From: an uncultured Chloroflexia bacterium
Lineage (GTDB): Bacteria > Chloroflexota > Limnocylindria > Limnocylindrales > CSP1-4
Assembly: GCA_963766735.1 (NCBI GenBank)
Contig: CAVYBU010000002.1
Location: forward strand, 160,001 to 224,000
Reading direction: 5' to 3'
Length of the DNA: 64,000 nt
Shown here piece by piece: positions 1 through 8,542 of the stretch. Position 1 is the stretch's first letter; each line of letters starts with the position of its first letter. The notes beneath the pieces were generated by a model that saw only the letters and a list, made by a program, of their open reading frames with translations, was not told the origin of the DNA and made no database searches. The position numbers were made by a program, and so were the translations under genes.

Positions 1-441
1 ACCGTCTCCTGGGAGGATCTTGACGGCCTGGTCGCGGGGCTCGCCACCGCTGTCGGCCGTGATCACGACCTCGTCCTCGCGATCACGCGCGGAGGCCTCG
101 TCCCCGCCGGGATGCTCGCCTACCGCCTGAACCTGCGGGAGATCCTCGTCGTCGGAGCGGAGTTCTACCGCTCCGAGGGCGGCACCCACCCTGCGCCGGT
201 CATCGGCCACTTCCCGGACGCCTCGCTCCTCGCGGGCCAGCGGGTGCTGGTCGTGGACGAGGTCTGGGAAACCGGCGAGACGATGGCAGAGGTCATGGCG
301 AGGGTCCGAGCAGCCGGGGGCACGGCCGTCTCCGCGGTGATCCACTACAAGCCGGGCCGGTCCCGTGTCGCGGCTGTCCCGGACCACTGGGCGGCAACCG
401 CGCATGACTGGGTGACGTACCCCTACAAGGCGGGTGGCTGA
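1..441 (+). CDS. Type I phosphoribosyltransferase (purine-salvage-like), 5' partial
   Basis: Frame is open from base 1 (TVSWEDL...AITRGGLVPAGMLAY); PRPP-binding motif VLVVDEVWETGET. Confidence 0.85.
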   Translation, partial: TVSWEDLDGLVAGLATAVGRDHDLVLAITRGGLVPAGMLAYRLNLREILVVGAEFYRSEGGTHPAPVIGHFPDASLLAGQRVLVVDEVWETGETMAEVMARVRAAGGTAVSAVIHYKPGRSRVAAVPDHWAATAHDWVTYPYKAGG

Positions 442-503
442 GCGGCGCACCCGGGCCGCCACGCTGTCCTGATCATCCTGTCGTTCCCACAGGGGAGATC
501 CTC

Positions 504-1283
504 GTGACCACACCTCGAACCACCTCACGTCGCGGCCCGATCCTGGGGGTCGCCCTGATCGTTGTCGCGGTCCTCGGCGGGGCCGCCCTCTGGTACGTCT
601 TCTTCCGGCCGTCGGGTCCGCCGCCCGTGTCGCTCGGGTCGATGGCGCCGGCAACCACGGTGCCGGCCGGCAGTGCCGCCGTGGGCTCCGGTGCGAGTGC
701 CGGGACCGGAGGCTCGTCCGGCCAGACGTTCGAGGGGATCTGGACCACCGATCCCACTGCTTCCTCGACCTCGGGGCCTGCCACCTTCGTGGGCTACCGG
801 GTCCGCGAGGAGCTGGCCAATATCGGGGCGACCGAGGCCGTCGGCCGGACGTCCGACGTGACCGGCTCCCTAACGATCGAGGGGACCACGGTGACGAAAG
901 GCGAGTTCACGGCTGACCTCACGACGCTCCAGAGCGACAGCGGCAACCGCGATCGGCAGCTCTCGCGCCAGGCCCTCGAGACGGCGACCTACCCGGAGGC
1001 GAGCTTCACGCTGACCCAGCCGATCGAGCTGGGCACGGAGCCCGCCGAGGGTGAGGTCGTCGAGGTCACGGCGACCGGAGACCTGACCCTCCACGGCGTG
1101 ACGAAGTCGGTTCAGGTCGCCCTGCAGGCCCGCCGGGAAGGCGAAACGATCGCCGTCGCGGGCTCGGTGCCAATCGCCTTCGCCGACTTCGGGATCCAGA
1201 AGCCGCAGGCGATGGCGGTCCTCTCGGTCGAGGATCGCGCCACCGTGGAACTGCTGATCCACCTCGTCCCCTGTTGCGGCTGA
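504..1283 (+). CDS. YceI-family (polyisoprenoid-binding) protein with N-terminal membrane anchor
   Basis: TM segment followed by VGYRVRE...AVGRT...DLTTLQSD...RD...GDLTLHGVTK, typical of YceI. Confidence 0.85.
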   Translation: MTTPRTTSRRGPILGVALIVVAVLGGAALWYVFFRPSGPPPVSLGSMAPATTVPAGSAAVGSGASAGTGGSSGQTFEGIWTTDPTASSTSGPATFVGYRVREELANIGATEAVGRTSDVTGSLTIEGTTVTKGEFTADLTTLQSDSGNRDRQLSRQALETATYPEASFTLTQPIELGTEPAEGEVVEVTATGDLTLHGVTKSVQVALQARREGETIAVAGSVPIAFADFGIQKPQAMAVLSVEDRATVELLIHLVPCCG

Positions 1284-1287
1284 GGTC

Positions 1288-1304
1288 TCTCAGGGCCTTC
1301 TCAC
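1288..1304 (+). promoter_or_regulatory. Putative OmpR-family direct-repeat binding site
   Basis: TCTCAG-N5-TCTCAC (11-bp period) upstream of the efflux/TCS operon. Confidence 0.4.
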
Positions 1305-1352
1305 GCACGAAGGGCATGCTCGGTCTCACGTTGCGATCTCCCCGCCCGAGGC

Positions 1353-2529
1353 ATGCCCGTGAAGCTCAAGGTCTTCGTCATCCTGGTCCTGGTCGCGGCC
1401 GGCGGTGCAGCCGTCTTCGTGTCGCTGGGGGGCCTGCCTGCCGGTGAATCCACGGCTGCCTCCACCTACCTGACCGCGACCGCCGTGACCGGTGACGTCA
1501 CCGACGAGGTCGCCGCGACCGGGACGATCGCCTCGACCTCCAGCTACGTCCTGGGGTTCGGCACGGCTCCGCGTCTCGCCGACGGGACCGCGTCCGCCGG
1601 ATCGGGCACCTGGCTCGTGGAGACGGTGGATGCCACGGTCGGCCAGTCCGTCAGGGAGGGTGACGTGCTCGCCACGGCCGCCACCAGCGATCTCAGGGCG
1701 CAGCTCACCCAGGCGAAGACGTCGCTGTCTGCGGCCAAGGTCAGCGAGAAGGTGGCCGCGAAGACGCTGGACGACGCATCGGGCACCGACGCCATCCGGC
1801 AGGCGAAGATCGGCAACTACAACGCGCTCAACAGCCGCCGTCAGGCCGAATCCGCCCTCGCCGACCTGGAGGCCCAGATTGCCCTGGCCACGCTCACGGC
1901 CCCGATCGACGGCACCGTGACGGCCGTCGCCATCGTGCCCGGGCTCGAGTCCACCGGGACCGCGATCACGATCGCCTCCTCCACCTACGAGGTGACCGCG
2001 GACGTCGTCGAGTCCGACATCAGCGCGATGAGCATCGGCCAGGACGCCACTGTCACCGTCGATGCGATCGATGCCGTGATCGGAGGCAAGGTCTGCCGAG
2101 ATCGCCCCCGCCGCGACCGGGGCGTCCGGCGGCAGCGTGGTCTCGTTCCCGGTCACCGTGGCGCTGACCGGGGCGCCGAGCACGCTCCGCGCCGGCATGA
2201 CAGCGGACATCACGATCGTCACCGAGTCGGCGACCAACGTGCTCACGATCCCCAGCTCGGCACTGCGCGGCACCAGCGGCGACTACCGGGTCCAGGTGCT
2301 GGACGCAGACGGCACTCCCACGGCGACGCCCGTGGAGGTTGGCCTCGTCACGGATGCCACGGCCGAGATCACCAGCGGGCTGGCCGTGGGCGACGTGGTC
2401 GTGACCGGGACCACCGCCGACCGGACAGGGACCACCGTCTCCGCGATCGGCGGGCGCGGCGGGTTCGGCGGCGGCGAGGTCATCGTCCCCGGCGGTGGTG
2501 GCGGCGGCGGTCGGTTCCAGCAGCCGTGA
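1353..2529 (+). CDS. Efflux periplasmic adaptor / membrane-fusion protein (HlyD/MacA-like), +1 frameshift near 2094
   Basis: Lipoyl-like halves (GQSVREGDVLA; LTAPIDGTV), coiled coil and VVESDI; the C-terminal half (VSFPVTV...LRAGMTA...VLTIPSSAL...VEVGL) is in the next frame. Confidence 0.85.
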
Positions 2530-3224
2530 CGGCCCTGCCGACCGAGGCCATGAACGAGCAGATCATCAGCCTGCGGGGCATCGGGCGGACCTACGACATG
2601 GGCCGGGTGACGGTTCCGGCGCTGCGGGACGTGGACCTCGACGTCGCGCGGGGCGAGTTCCTGGCGATCGTCGGGCCATCCGGGTCCGGCAAGAGCACGA
2701 TGATGCACATCCTGGGTTGCCTGGACCGCCCGACGACCGGCACGTACACCCTCGCCGGTCGGCCCGTCGAGGATCTCGACGACGACGGTCTCGCCCGCGT
2801 CCGGAGCCGGACCATCGGGTTCGTGTTCCAGTCGTACAACCTGCTGCCACGGACGAGTGCCCTCGACAACGTGGCCACGCCGCTGCTGTACCAGGGCGCA
2901 GGCCGCTCCGAGCGGGTTCGCCGTGCGACGGCCGCGCTGGAGCGGCTGGGGCTGGGGGACCGCATGGACCACGAGCCGTCGGAGCTCTCCGGCGGCCAGC
3001 AGCAGCGGGTCGCCATCGCGCGGGCGCTGGTGACAGATCCGGCGCTCATCCTGGCCGACGAGCCCACGGGCAACCTGGACCAGGCCACGGGCCACGAGGT
3101 CCTGGGGCTGTTCCGCGAGCTGAATGCTGCGGGGAGCACCATCGTCCTCATCACGCACGATGCCGAGGTCGCCGAGGCGGCCAGCCGGCAGGTGCACATC
3201 CGGGACGGAAGGCTCGTCACATGA
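2526..3224 (+). CDS. ABC transporter ATP-binding protein (MacB/LolD-like)
   Basis: Walker A GPSGSGKS, signature LSGGQQQR, Walker B ILADEPTG; GTGA overlap with the upstream stop (alternative ATG 2550). Confidence 0.95.
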   Translation: MTALPTEAMNEQIISLRGIGRTYDMGRVTVPALRDVDLDVARGEFLAIVGPSGSGKSTMMHILGCLDRPTTGTYTLAGRPVEDLDDDGLARVRSRTIGFVFQSYNLLPRTSALDNVATPLLYQGAGRSERVRRATAALERLGLGDRMDHEPSELSGGQQQRVAIARALVTDPALILADEPTGNLDQATGHEVLGLFRELNAAGSTIVLITHDAEVAEAASRQVHIRDGRLVT

Positions 3225-4411
3225 GCCTGTTCGAGCTGGTCCGGCTGGCGTTCTCGCGGCTGCGCACCGGGCGCCTGCGGGCGGCCCTCACCATGCTCGG
3301 GGTGATCATCGGCGTCGCGTCGGTGGTCGCCCTGGTCGGCGTGGGGCAGGGGACCACGTCCAGCATCACCGAGCGCCTGTCCAGCCTCGGCACGAACCTG
3401 CTCACGGTCAGCGCGGCCGGGGCCAACGGCGGCGCCTCCTCGACCCTCACCCTGGACGACGTGGACGCGCTCCGGGGGATCGACGGAGTCGCGGGCATCG
3501 CACCCGAGTCCTCGACCCAGGCCACGGTGGGCGCCGATGGCGAGGCCACGACGACCTCGATCATCGGGACGACGGCGGACTACGCCGATGTCCGTGCCTA
3601 CGACATCTGGCAGGGCACGTTCCTGACCGACACGGCCGTGGAGCGCAACCTGCGGACGGCCGTCCTGGGCGCCACGACCGCCAGCGACCTCGGTCTCGAC
3701 AAGACGTCGATCGGCAGCGAGATCAGCATCGGTGGGCTGCCGTTCCAGCTGGTCGGCATCCTCCAGCCGAAGGGCGGCTCCGGCTTCCAGGACCCCGACG
3801 ACCAGGTCATGGTCCCGATCGGGATCATCGCGAAGTACTTCGTCGCCGGCGACGGCGTCCGGACCATCGGCCTCAGCGTGACCGACGAGGCGCAGATGGC
3901 CACCGTCCAGGCGGAGATCACGTCCGTGCTGCGGACGCGCCACGGCCTCGCGGCCACGGACGAGGACGACTTCAGGATCTTCGACCAGGCCCAGCTCCTT
4001 GAGACTGCCTCCTCGATCAGCGGGACCCTGACGCTGCTGCTCGGCGGGATCGCCTCGATCTCGCTGATCGTGGGCGGCATCGGGATCATGAACATCATGC
4101 TGGTCTCGGTCCGGGAACGGACGCGCGAGATCGGGATCCGCAAGGCCGTCGGCGCCCGCGGGCGCGACATCCTGCTCCAGTTCCTCATCGAGGCCCTGAC
4201 GCTGTCGGTGCTGGGAGGCGTGATCGGGATCGCTGTCGGCCTTGGAGTATCCGCGCTGATCGCCCGCGTCGGCGCGATCACCTTCGCCATCAGCCCCACA
4301 ACGCTTGCCGTCGCCCTGCTGTTCAGCCTCGCGGTCGGCGTCATCTTCGGGGTGTGGCCCGCCCGCCAGGCGGCCCGCCTCGACCCCATCAACGCCCTGC
4401 GCTACGAGTAG
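3221..4411 (+). CDS. ABC transporter permease (MacB-PCD/FtsX family)
   Basis: [14 protein letters not shown]...[28 protein letters not shown]...[17 protein letters not shown]. Confidence 0.95.
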   Translation: MSLFELVRLAFSRLRTGRLRAALTMLGVIIGVASVVALVGVGQGTTSSITERLSSLGTNLLTVSAAGANGGASSTLTLDDVDALRGIDGVAGIAPESSTQATVGADGEATTTSIIGTTADYADVRAYDIWQGTFLTDTAVERNLRTAVLGATTASDLGLDKTSIGSEISIGGLPFQLVGILQPKGGSGFQDPDDQVMVPIGIIAKYFVAGDGVRTIGLSVTDEAQMATVQAEITSVLRTRHGLAATDEDDFRIFDQAQLLETASSISGTLTLLLGGIASISLIVGGIGIMNIMLVSVRERTREIGIRKAVGARGRDILLQFLIEALTLSVLGGVIGIAVGLGVSALIARVGAITFAISPTTLAVALLFSLAVGVIFGVWPARQAARLDPINALRYE

Positions 4412-4423
4412 GAGACCGAGACG

Positions 4424-5104
4424 ATGACCACCCCGCCCAGCGATCCGGCGACCGCCGCCCCCGGCCTCTCGACCTCCCTCACGGAGCCCGTGCCGACCTT
4501 CCAGCCCGGCTTCGCGCCTCCCGAGCCAGAGCCTGCCGGTCGCCCGGCATCCCAGAAGCGCGGCTCGTCCGGCTCGTCGCGGATCCTCAACCTCGCGCTG
4601 GGCGCCGCGGTCCTGGTGGCGGTCGCGGGGGTCTCGTTCGCCGTCGGCCGTGCCACGGCGCCGGCGTCGGCCACCGTTGGCAGCGGGACCGTGTTCGTCC
4701 CCGGTCAGGGCGGCGTCTTCGTCCCGGGCGACAACGGCGGTGACCTGCCGGACATGAGCTTCGACCCCAACGGCAACGGAGGGTTCCCGGGCGGCGGCCA
4801 GGGTCGCGGGCTTCCCGGCGACCGGGGCTTCGGCGCCTTCGGCGGCGGCCTGACCATGACCGGCACGGTCGACTCGATCAGCGCCGATTCGATCACGATC
4901 AAGCTCGAGTCGGGCCAGACGATCACCGTGGGCCTTGACGCGAGCACCACGTACCATCAGCAGGCCGATGCGGCGGCGTCCGACGTGACGACGGGCGCCA
5001 CCGTGCAGCTGCAGCTCGCCGGGCGGCTCCGGCCGGGCCAGGGCAACTCGTCGGGCAACGCGGCCACCCTCGGCACCGCCGGATCCGTCACCATCGTCCC
5101 CTGA
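4424..5104 (+). CDS. Membrane-anchored hypothetical protein (Gly-rich linker, DUF5666/OB-like C-terminus)
   Basis: Single TM ([15 protein letters not shown]), then [15 protein letters not shown] beta-rich domain; lies within the operon. Confidence 0.65.
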   Translation: MTTPPSDPATAAPGLSTSLTEPVPTFQPGFAPPEPEPAGRPASQKRGSSGSSRILNLALGAAVLVAVAGVSFAVGRATAPASATVGSGTVFVPGQGGVFVPGDNGGDLPDMSFDPNGNGGFPGGGQGRGLPGDRGFGAFGGGLTMTGTVDSISADSITIKLESGQTITVGLDASTTYHQQADAAASDVTTGATVQLQLAGRLRPGQGNSSGNAATLGTAGSVTIVP

Positions 5105-5129
5105 TCTCCAGGGGATCACGAGGCAACCG

Positions 5130-5807
5130 ATGCACCTGCTCCTGGTCGAGGACGACGAGCGCCTCGCCCGGTCACTGACCCGCCTCCTCGAGGAGGATCG
5201 CCACGTCGTGGAGCACGCGCCCGACGGCAGGACGGGCATCGAGCTGGCCGCGGCCATAGAAGGGCTGGACGCCGTCATCCTCGACATCGGGCTACCGGAC
5301 ATCTCGGGTCTGGACGTCGCCCGCCGGATCCGGAAGGCGGGCCTGGACGTGAGCATCCTCATGCTCACCGCCCGGGACACTGTGGGGGACCGCGTGACGG
5401 GCCTGGACGCCGGCGCAGACGACTACGTCGTCAAGCCGTTCGCATACCAGGAGGTTGCCGCGCGGCTGCGCGCTCTCACCCGGCGAGCGGAGTTTGGCCC
5501 AAGGCGTCCGGAGCCCAAGCTCTCGGCGGGCGCCATCATCCTGGACGAGGCTGCGCGCGCGGTCACCGTCAACGGCCGCCCCGTGGACCTGAGCCCGCGC
5601 GAGTTCTCGCTCCTGGAAGCGCTGCTCCGTCACGGAGGGCGGACCCTCACCAGGGACCAGCTCCTGGACCATGCGTGGCCGTTCAGCGTGGCCGTCACGC
5701 CCAATGCCGTGGACGCCTACGTCCACTACCTGCGCACGAAGCTGGGTGAGGCGGGCCCCCAGATCGAGACCGTGCGCGGGGTTGGCTACCGGCTGGCTGA
5801 TGGCTGA
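5130..5807 (+). CDS. OmpR/PhoB-family response regulator
   Basis: [28 protein letters not shown], winged-helix IETVRGVGY. Confidence 0.97.
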   Translation: MHLLLVEDDERLARSLTRLLEEDRHVVEHAPDGRTGIELAAAIEGLDAVILDIGLPDISGLDVARRIRKAGLDVSILMLTARDTVGDRVTGLDAGADDYVVKPFAYQEVAARLRALTRRAEFGPRRPEPKLSAGAIILDEAARAVTVNGRPVDLSPREFSLLEALLRHGGRTLTRDQLLDHAWPFSVAVTPNAVDAYVHYLRTKLGEAGPQIETVRGVGYRLADG

Positions 5808-7221
5808 CGGCCACCGCACCGAGCCCCTGGAGGACGGAGCCGAGCAGGCGGCCCTCGCCGAGGAGGCCCGCCTTCTCCGGCGGGTGCGCTGGCGTCTCGT
5901 CGCGTGGAGCGGCCTGTCGACGCTGATCGTGCTGGTCGGGCTCGGGATCGCCCTCTACGCCGCCGTGGCCAACACGCTGGCGACCGCGAGCATCGACCAG
6001 CTCGCGAACCGGGTCGATCCCTGGGTCGCCGCCCTGGAGGGCACTGTTGAGACGCCCGTCCAGCCGCCGGGGTTCGGCTTCCAGCCCGGTCGTGGCAACA
6101 CCTACCTGTTCGCATTCGACGCCGCGGGCACACCCGTCCGCCTGGGCCGGGAGCCCGTCGCGATCCTCGGCGGGATGCCCGACGCCGTCGGCATCGCGGC
6201 CGCGAACCAGGCTCCGGACGGGACCGACGTGCGCACGGCATTGCTGGAGATCGCAACGTCGCCCGCGACGCAGATCCCCGTCCGGCTGATGACCCAGAGA
6301 GTCGTGTACGCGCAGGACGGCCAGACCTACTTCCTCCAGGCGGTGCAGGACCGCTCGACAGAGGTCGAGACGCTGGGAGTCCTGCTGTCGGTCCTGCTCT
6401 TCGGCGGCGTCCTGGTCGTGCTGGTCGCGCTCGGGCTCGGTGCCGTCTACGCGCGTCGCGCTCTCGTCCCGATCCGCGAGTCACTCGCGGGCCAGCGCGT
6501 CGCCCTCCGGCGCCAGCGGGAGTTCGCGGCGGACGCCAGCCACGAGCTCCGGACGCCGCTCACCGTCATCCGCTCCTCGGTGGAGCACCTGTCCCGCCAC
6601 CGTGACCAGCCGATCGGCGAGGCGACGGAGGCGCTGGACGACATCGATGCCGAGGTATCCCACCTGACTGCGCTCGTGGACGACCTCCTGCTGCTCGCGC
6701 GCTCGGACTCCGGGGCCGTGCCGCTGGAGCGTGTCCTCCTGGACCTCGGCGACATCGCGGCCGATTCCGCGTCGGCCCTCACCCGGACGGCGGAGACCCG
6801 AGGGGTGACCGTCCTGGTTGACCCGGAACCCGCGATGGTCGATGGGGACGCCGCTCGTCTCCGGCAACTGGTGATGATCCTGGTCGACAATGCCGTTCGG
6901 CACAGCCCCAGGGGCGGGACCGTCACGGCGACGGTGCGTGCCTCCGGCAGGGTGGCCTCGATCGAGGTGACCGACGAGGGGCCCGGCGTGCGTCCGGAGG
7001 ACATGCCACACGTCTTCGACCGCTTCTGGCGGGCCCCAGGCGCCCCATCCGGGGGGACCGGCCTGGGCCTGTCGATCGCGCGCTGGATCGCGGAGCGTCA
7101 CGACGGGCGCATCGGGGTGGCGAACCGGGCAAGCGGTGGAGCCGCGTTCCGGGTGGAGCTGCCGGCCGCGGCCGGCCAGCTGGAGGCACCGACAGGGCCT
7201 GTCGGGCCGGCTGCGGGCTGA
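5800..7221 (+). CDS. Sensor histidine kinase
   Basis: Two TMs, H-box FAADASHELRTP, N-box ILVDNAVRH, DEGPG, GTGLGLSI; ATG overlaps the regulator's end. Confidence 0.95.
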   Translation: MADGHRTEPLEDGAEQAALAEEARLLRRVRWRLVAWSGLSTLIVLVGLGIALYAAVANTLATASIDQLANRVDPWVAALEGTVETPVQPPGFGFQPGRGNTYLFAFDAAGTPVRLGREPVAILGGMPDAVGIAAANQAPDGTDVRTALLEIATSPATQIPVRLMTQRVVYAQDGQTYFLQAVQDRSTEVETLGVLLSVLLFGGVLVVLVALGLGAVYARRALVPIRESLAGQRVALRRQREFAADASHELRTPLTVIRSSVEHLSRHRDQPIGEATEALDDIDAEVSHLTALVDDLLLLARSDSGAVPLERVLLDLGDIAADSASALTRTAETRGVTVLVDPEPAMVDGDAARLRQLVMILVDNAVRHSPRGGTVTATVRASGRVASIEVTDEGPGVRPEDMPHVFDRFWRAPGAPSGGTGLGLSIARWIAERHDGRIGVANRASGGAAFRVELPAAAGQLEAPTGPVGPAAG

Positions 7222-7255
7222 GCCCCGGGCTGGTACGCTCACGCCATCCTGAGGG

Positions 7256-7294
7256 CCGGTCCCGTGAGGCCGGCGCACCGGTCCCGTGAGGCCG
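7256..7294 (+). promoter_or_regulatory. Tandem PyrR-binding-like hairpins in the carA leader
   Basis: Two copies of CCGGTCCCGTGAGGCCG; core GGTCCCGTGAGGCC matches consensus ARUCCNGNGAGGYU at 12/14; -10-like TACGCT at 7234-7239. Confidence 0.7.
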
Positions 7295-7312
7295 ACTAGG
7301 AGGAACCTGCCA

Positions 7313-7360
7313 GTGCGCATGCCCGCCTGCGGCTACCTGCCGCAGCCCGCCGGGTCCTGA
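7313..7360 (+). CDS. Putative 15-aa leader ORF (MRMPACGYLPQPAGS) abutting carA
   Basis: AGGAGG at 7298-7303, GTG at 7313, TGA at 7358-7360 directly before the carA GTG. Confidence 0.4.
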   Translation: MRMPACGYLPQPAGS

Positions 7361-8524
7361 GTGATCGCCCCACCGCCCCCCGGACATCCGCCGTTGCCGC
7401 GTGCCGACGCGATCGTCGATCCGCGCGTCGGCAACGCCGGTCCTGCTCTGCTCGCGCTGGAGGATGGGACCGTCTTCCCCGGCATCGCCTTCGGCGCGCC
7501 CGTCGCCTCTGGCGGGGATCTCGTGGTGAACACGTCCCAGACCGGGTACCAGGAGATCGCCACGGATCCGTCCTACGCGGGCCAGGTCGTGGTCATGACG
7601 TACCCGCTGATCGGCAACTACGGGCGCCTGGTGGCGGACGACCAGTCCGAGCATCCATGGCTCCGGGGCCTGGTGGTGGCCCACGCGACGGCCGCGGTCC
7701 TCGACGACGCCCGCCAGCTGGCCACGCTCCTGCGGACGAACGGGATCCCTGCCATCGCGGGCGTGGACACGCGGGCGCTCGCCCGCCACCTCCGGGCGAA
7801 TGGCTGCCTGCGCGGGATCATCACGCAGCCGGGGCTCACGGACCCGGACGCCGCCGTGGAGCTGGCCCGTGCCGTGCCGCGCTGGGAGGACCAGGATTTC
7901 GTGGCCCAGGTGTCGCCCGCCGCCGTTCGCGAGCTGGGGGACGACCCGGCCGCGCCGCTCGTCGCGATCGTGGACTTCGGCCTCAAGGCCAACATCGTCA
8001 ACTCGCTCCGGCGGCGCGGGGTCCGTGTGCGCGTGCTGCCGCACACGAGCGCCGCCTCGGACGTGCTGGCCCCGGACGTGACGGGCGTGGTGCTCTCGCC
8101 GGGTCCCGGAGATCCGGCGCGGCTGGCCGCGCCCGTGGCCCTCGCCCGGACCCTGATCGAGGACGGGCGGCCGCTCCTGGGCATCTGCCTTGGGCACCAG
8201 GTCATCGCCCGTGCGGCCGGGGCGGAGACGAGTCGCCTCAGGTTCGGACACCACGGCGCGAACCACCCGGTCCAGGACCTGGACACGGGCTACGTCCAGG
8301 TGACCGCCCAGAACCACGAGGTCCAGGTGGTGGGGGACAGCCTCCCCGCCGCCTCCGGGTTCAGGGTCAGCCAGCTCAACCTCAATGACCGGTCCGTGGA
8401 AGGCCTGCGTCACGCGGAGAAGCCGATCGAGACCGTGCAGTACCACCCGGAGGGCGCCCCCGGGCCGCTCGACGCGCTGGCGGTGTTCGACCGGTTCGTG
8501 GACGCATGCCGGCGGCGCGCGTGA
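7361..8524 (+). CDS. carA: Carbamoyl-phosphate synthase small subunit
   Basis: LALEDG, TGYQEIATDPSYAGQ, SPGPGDP, LGICLGHQ, FGHHGANHPV, QYHPE. Confidence 0.98.
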   Translation: MIAPPPPGHPPLPRADAIVDPRVGNAGPALLALEDGTVFPGIAFGAPVASGGDLVVNTSQTGYQEIATDPSYAGQVVVMTYPLIGNYGRLVADDQSEHPWLRGLVVAHATAAVLDDARQLATLLRTNGIPAIAGVDTRALARHLRANGCLRGIITQPGLTDPDAAVELARAVPRWEDQDFVAQVSPAAVRELGDDPAAPLVAIVDFGLKANIVNSLRRRGVRVRVLPHTSAASDVLAPDVTGVVLSPGPGDPARLAAPVALARTLIEDGRPLLGICLGHQVIARAAGAETSRLRFGHHGANHPVQDLDTGYVQVTAQNHEVQVVGDSLPAASGFRVSQLNLNDRSVEGLRHAEKPIETVQYHPEGAPGPLDALAVFDRFVDACRRRA

Positions 8525-8542
8525 CCCGCGGATGAGTGCCCG

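Noticed and set aside
1-441. PRTase as the PyrR acting on the carA leader
   Set aside because: It lacks PyrR-type motifs (GIxTRG, DDVLYTGRT, PIxADY) and looks like a generic purine PRTase
1353-3224. 623-aa adaptor-ATPase fusion in the ORF track
   Set aside because: Artefact of the +1 frameshift near 2094; the intervening translation is out-of-frame Arg/Gly-rich sequence
2591-5380. Very long antisense or alternative-frame ORFs (also 6923-9367, 29842-31395, 46402-48462, 61679-63310)
   Set aside because: Shadow ORFs expected at high GC; no motifs, and they overlap well-supported genes
7358-7360. Selenocysteine read-through of the TGA before carA
   Set aside because: Position is in a non-conserved N-terminal extension and no SECIS can be supported
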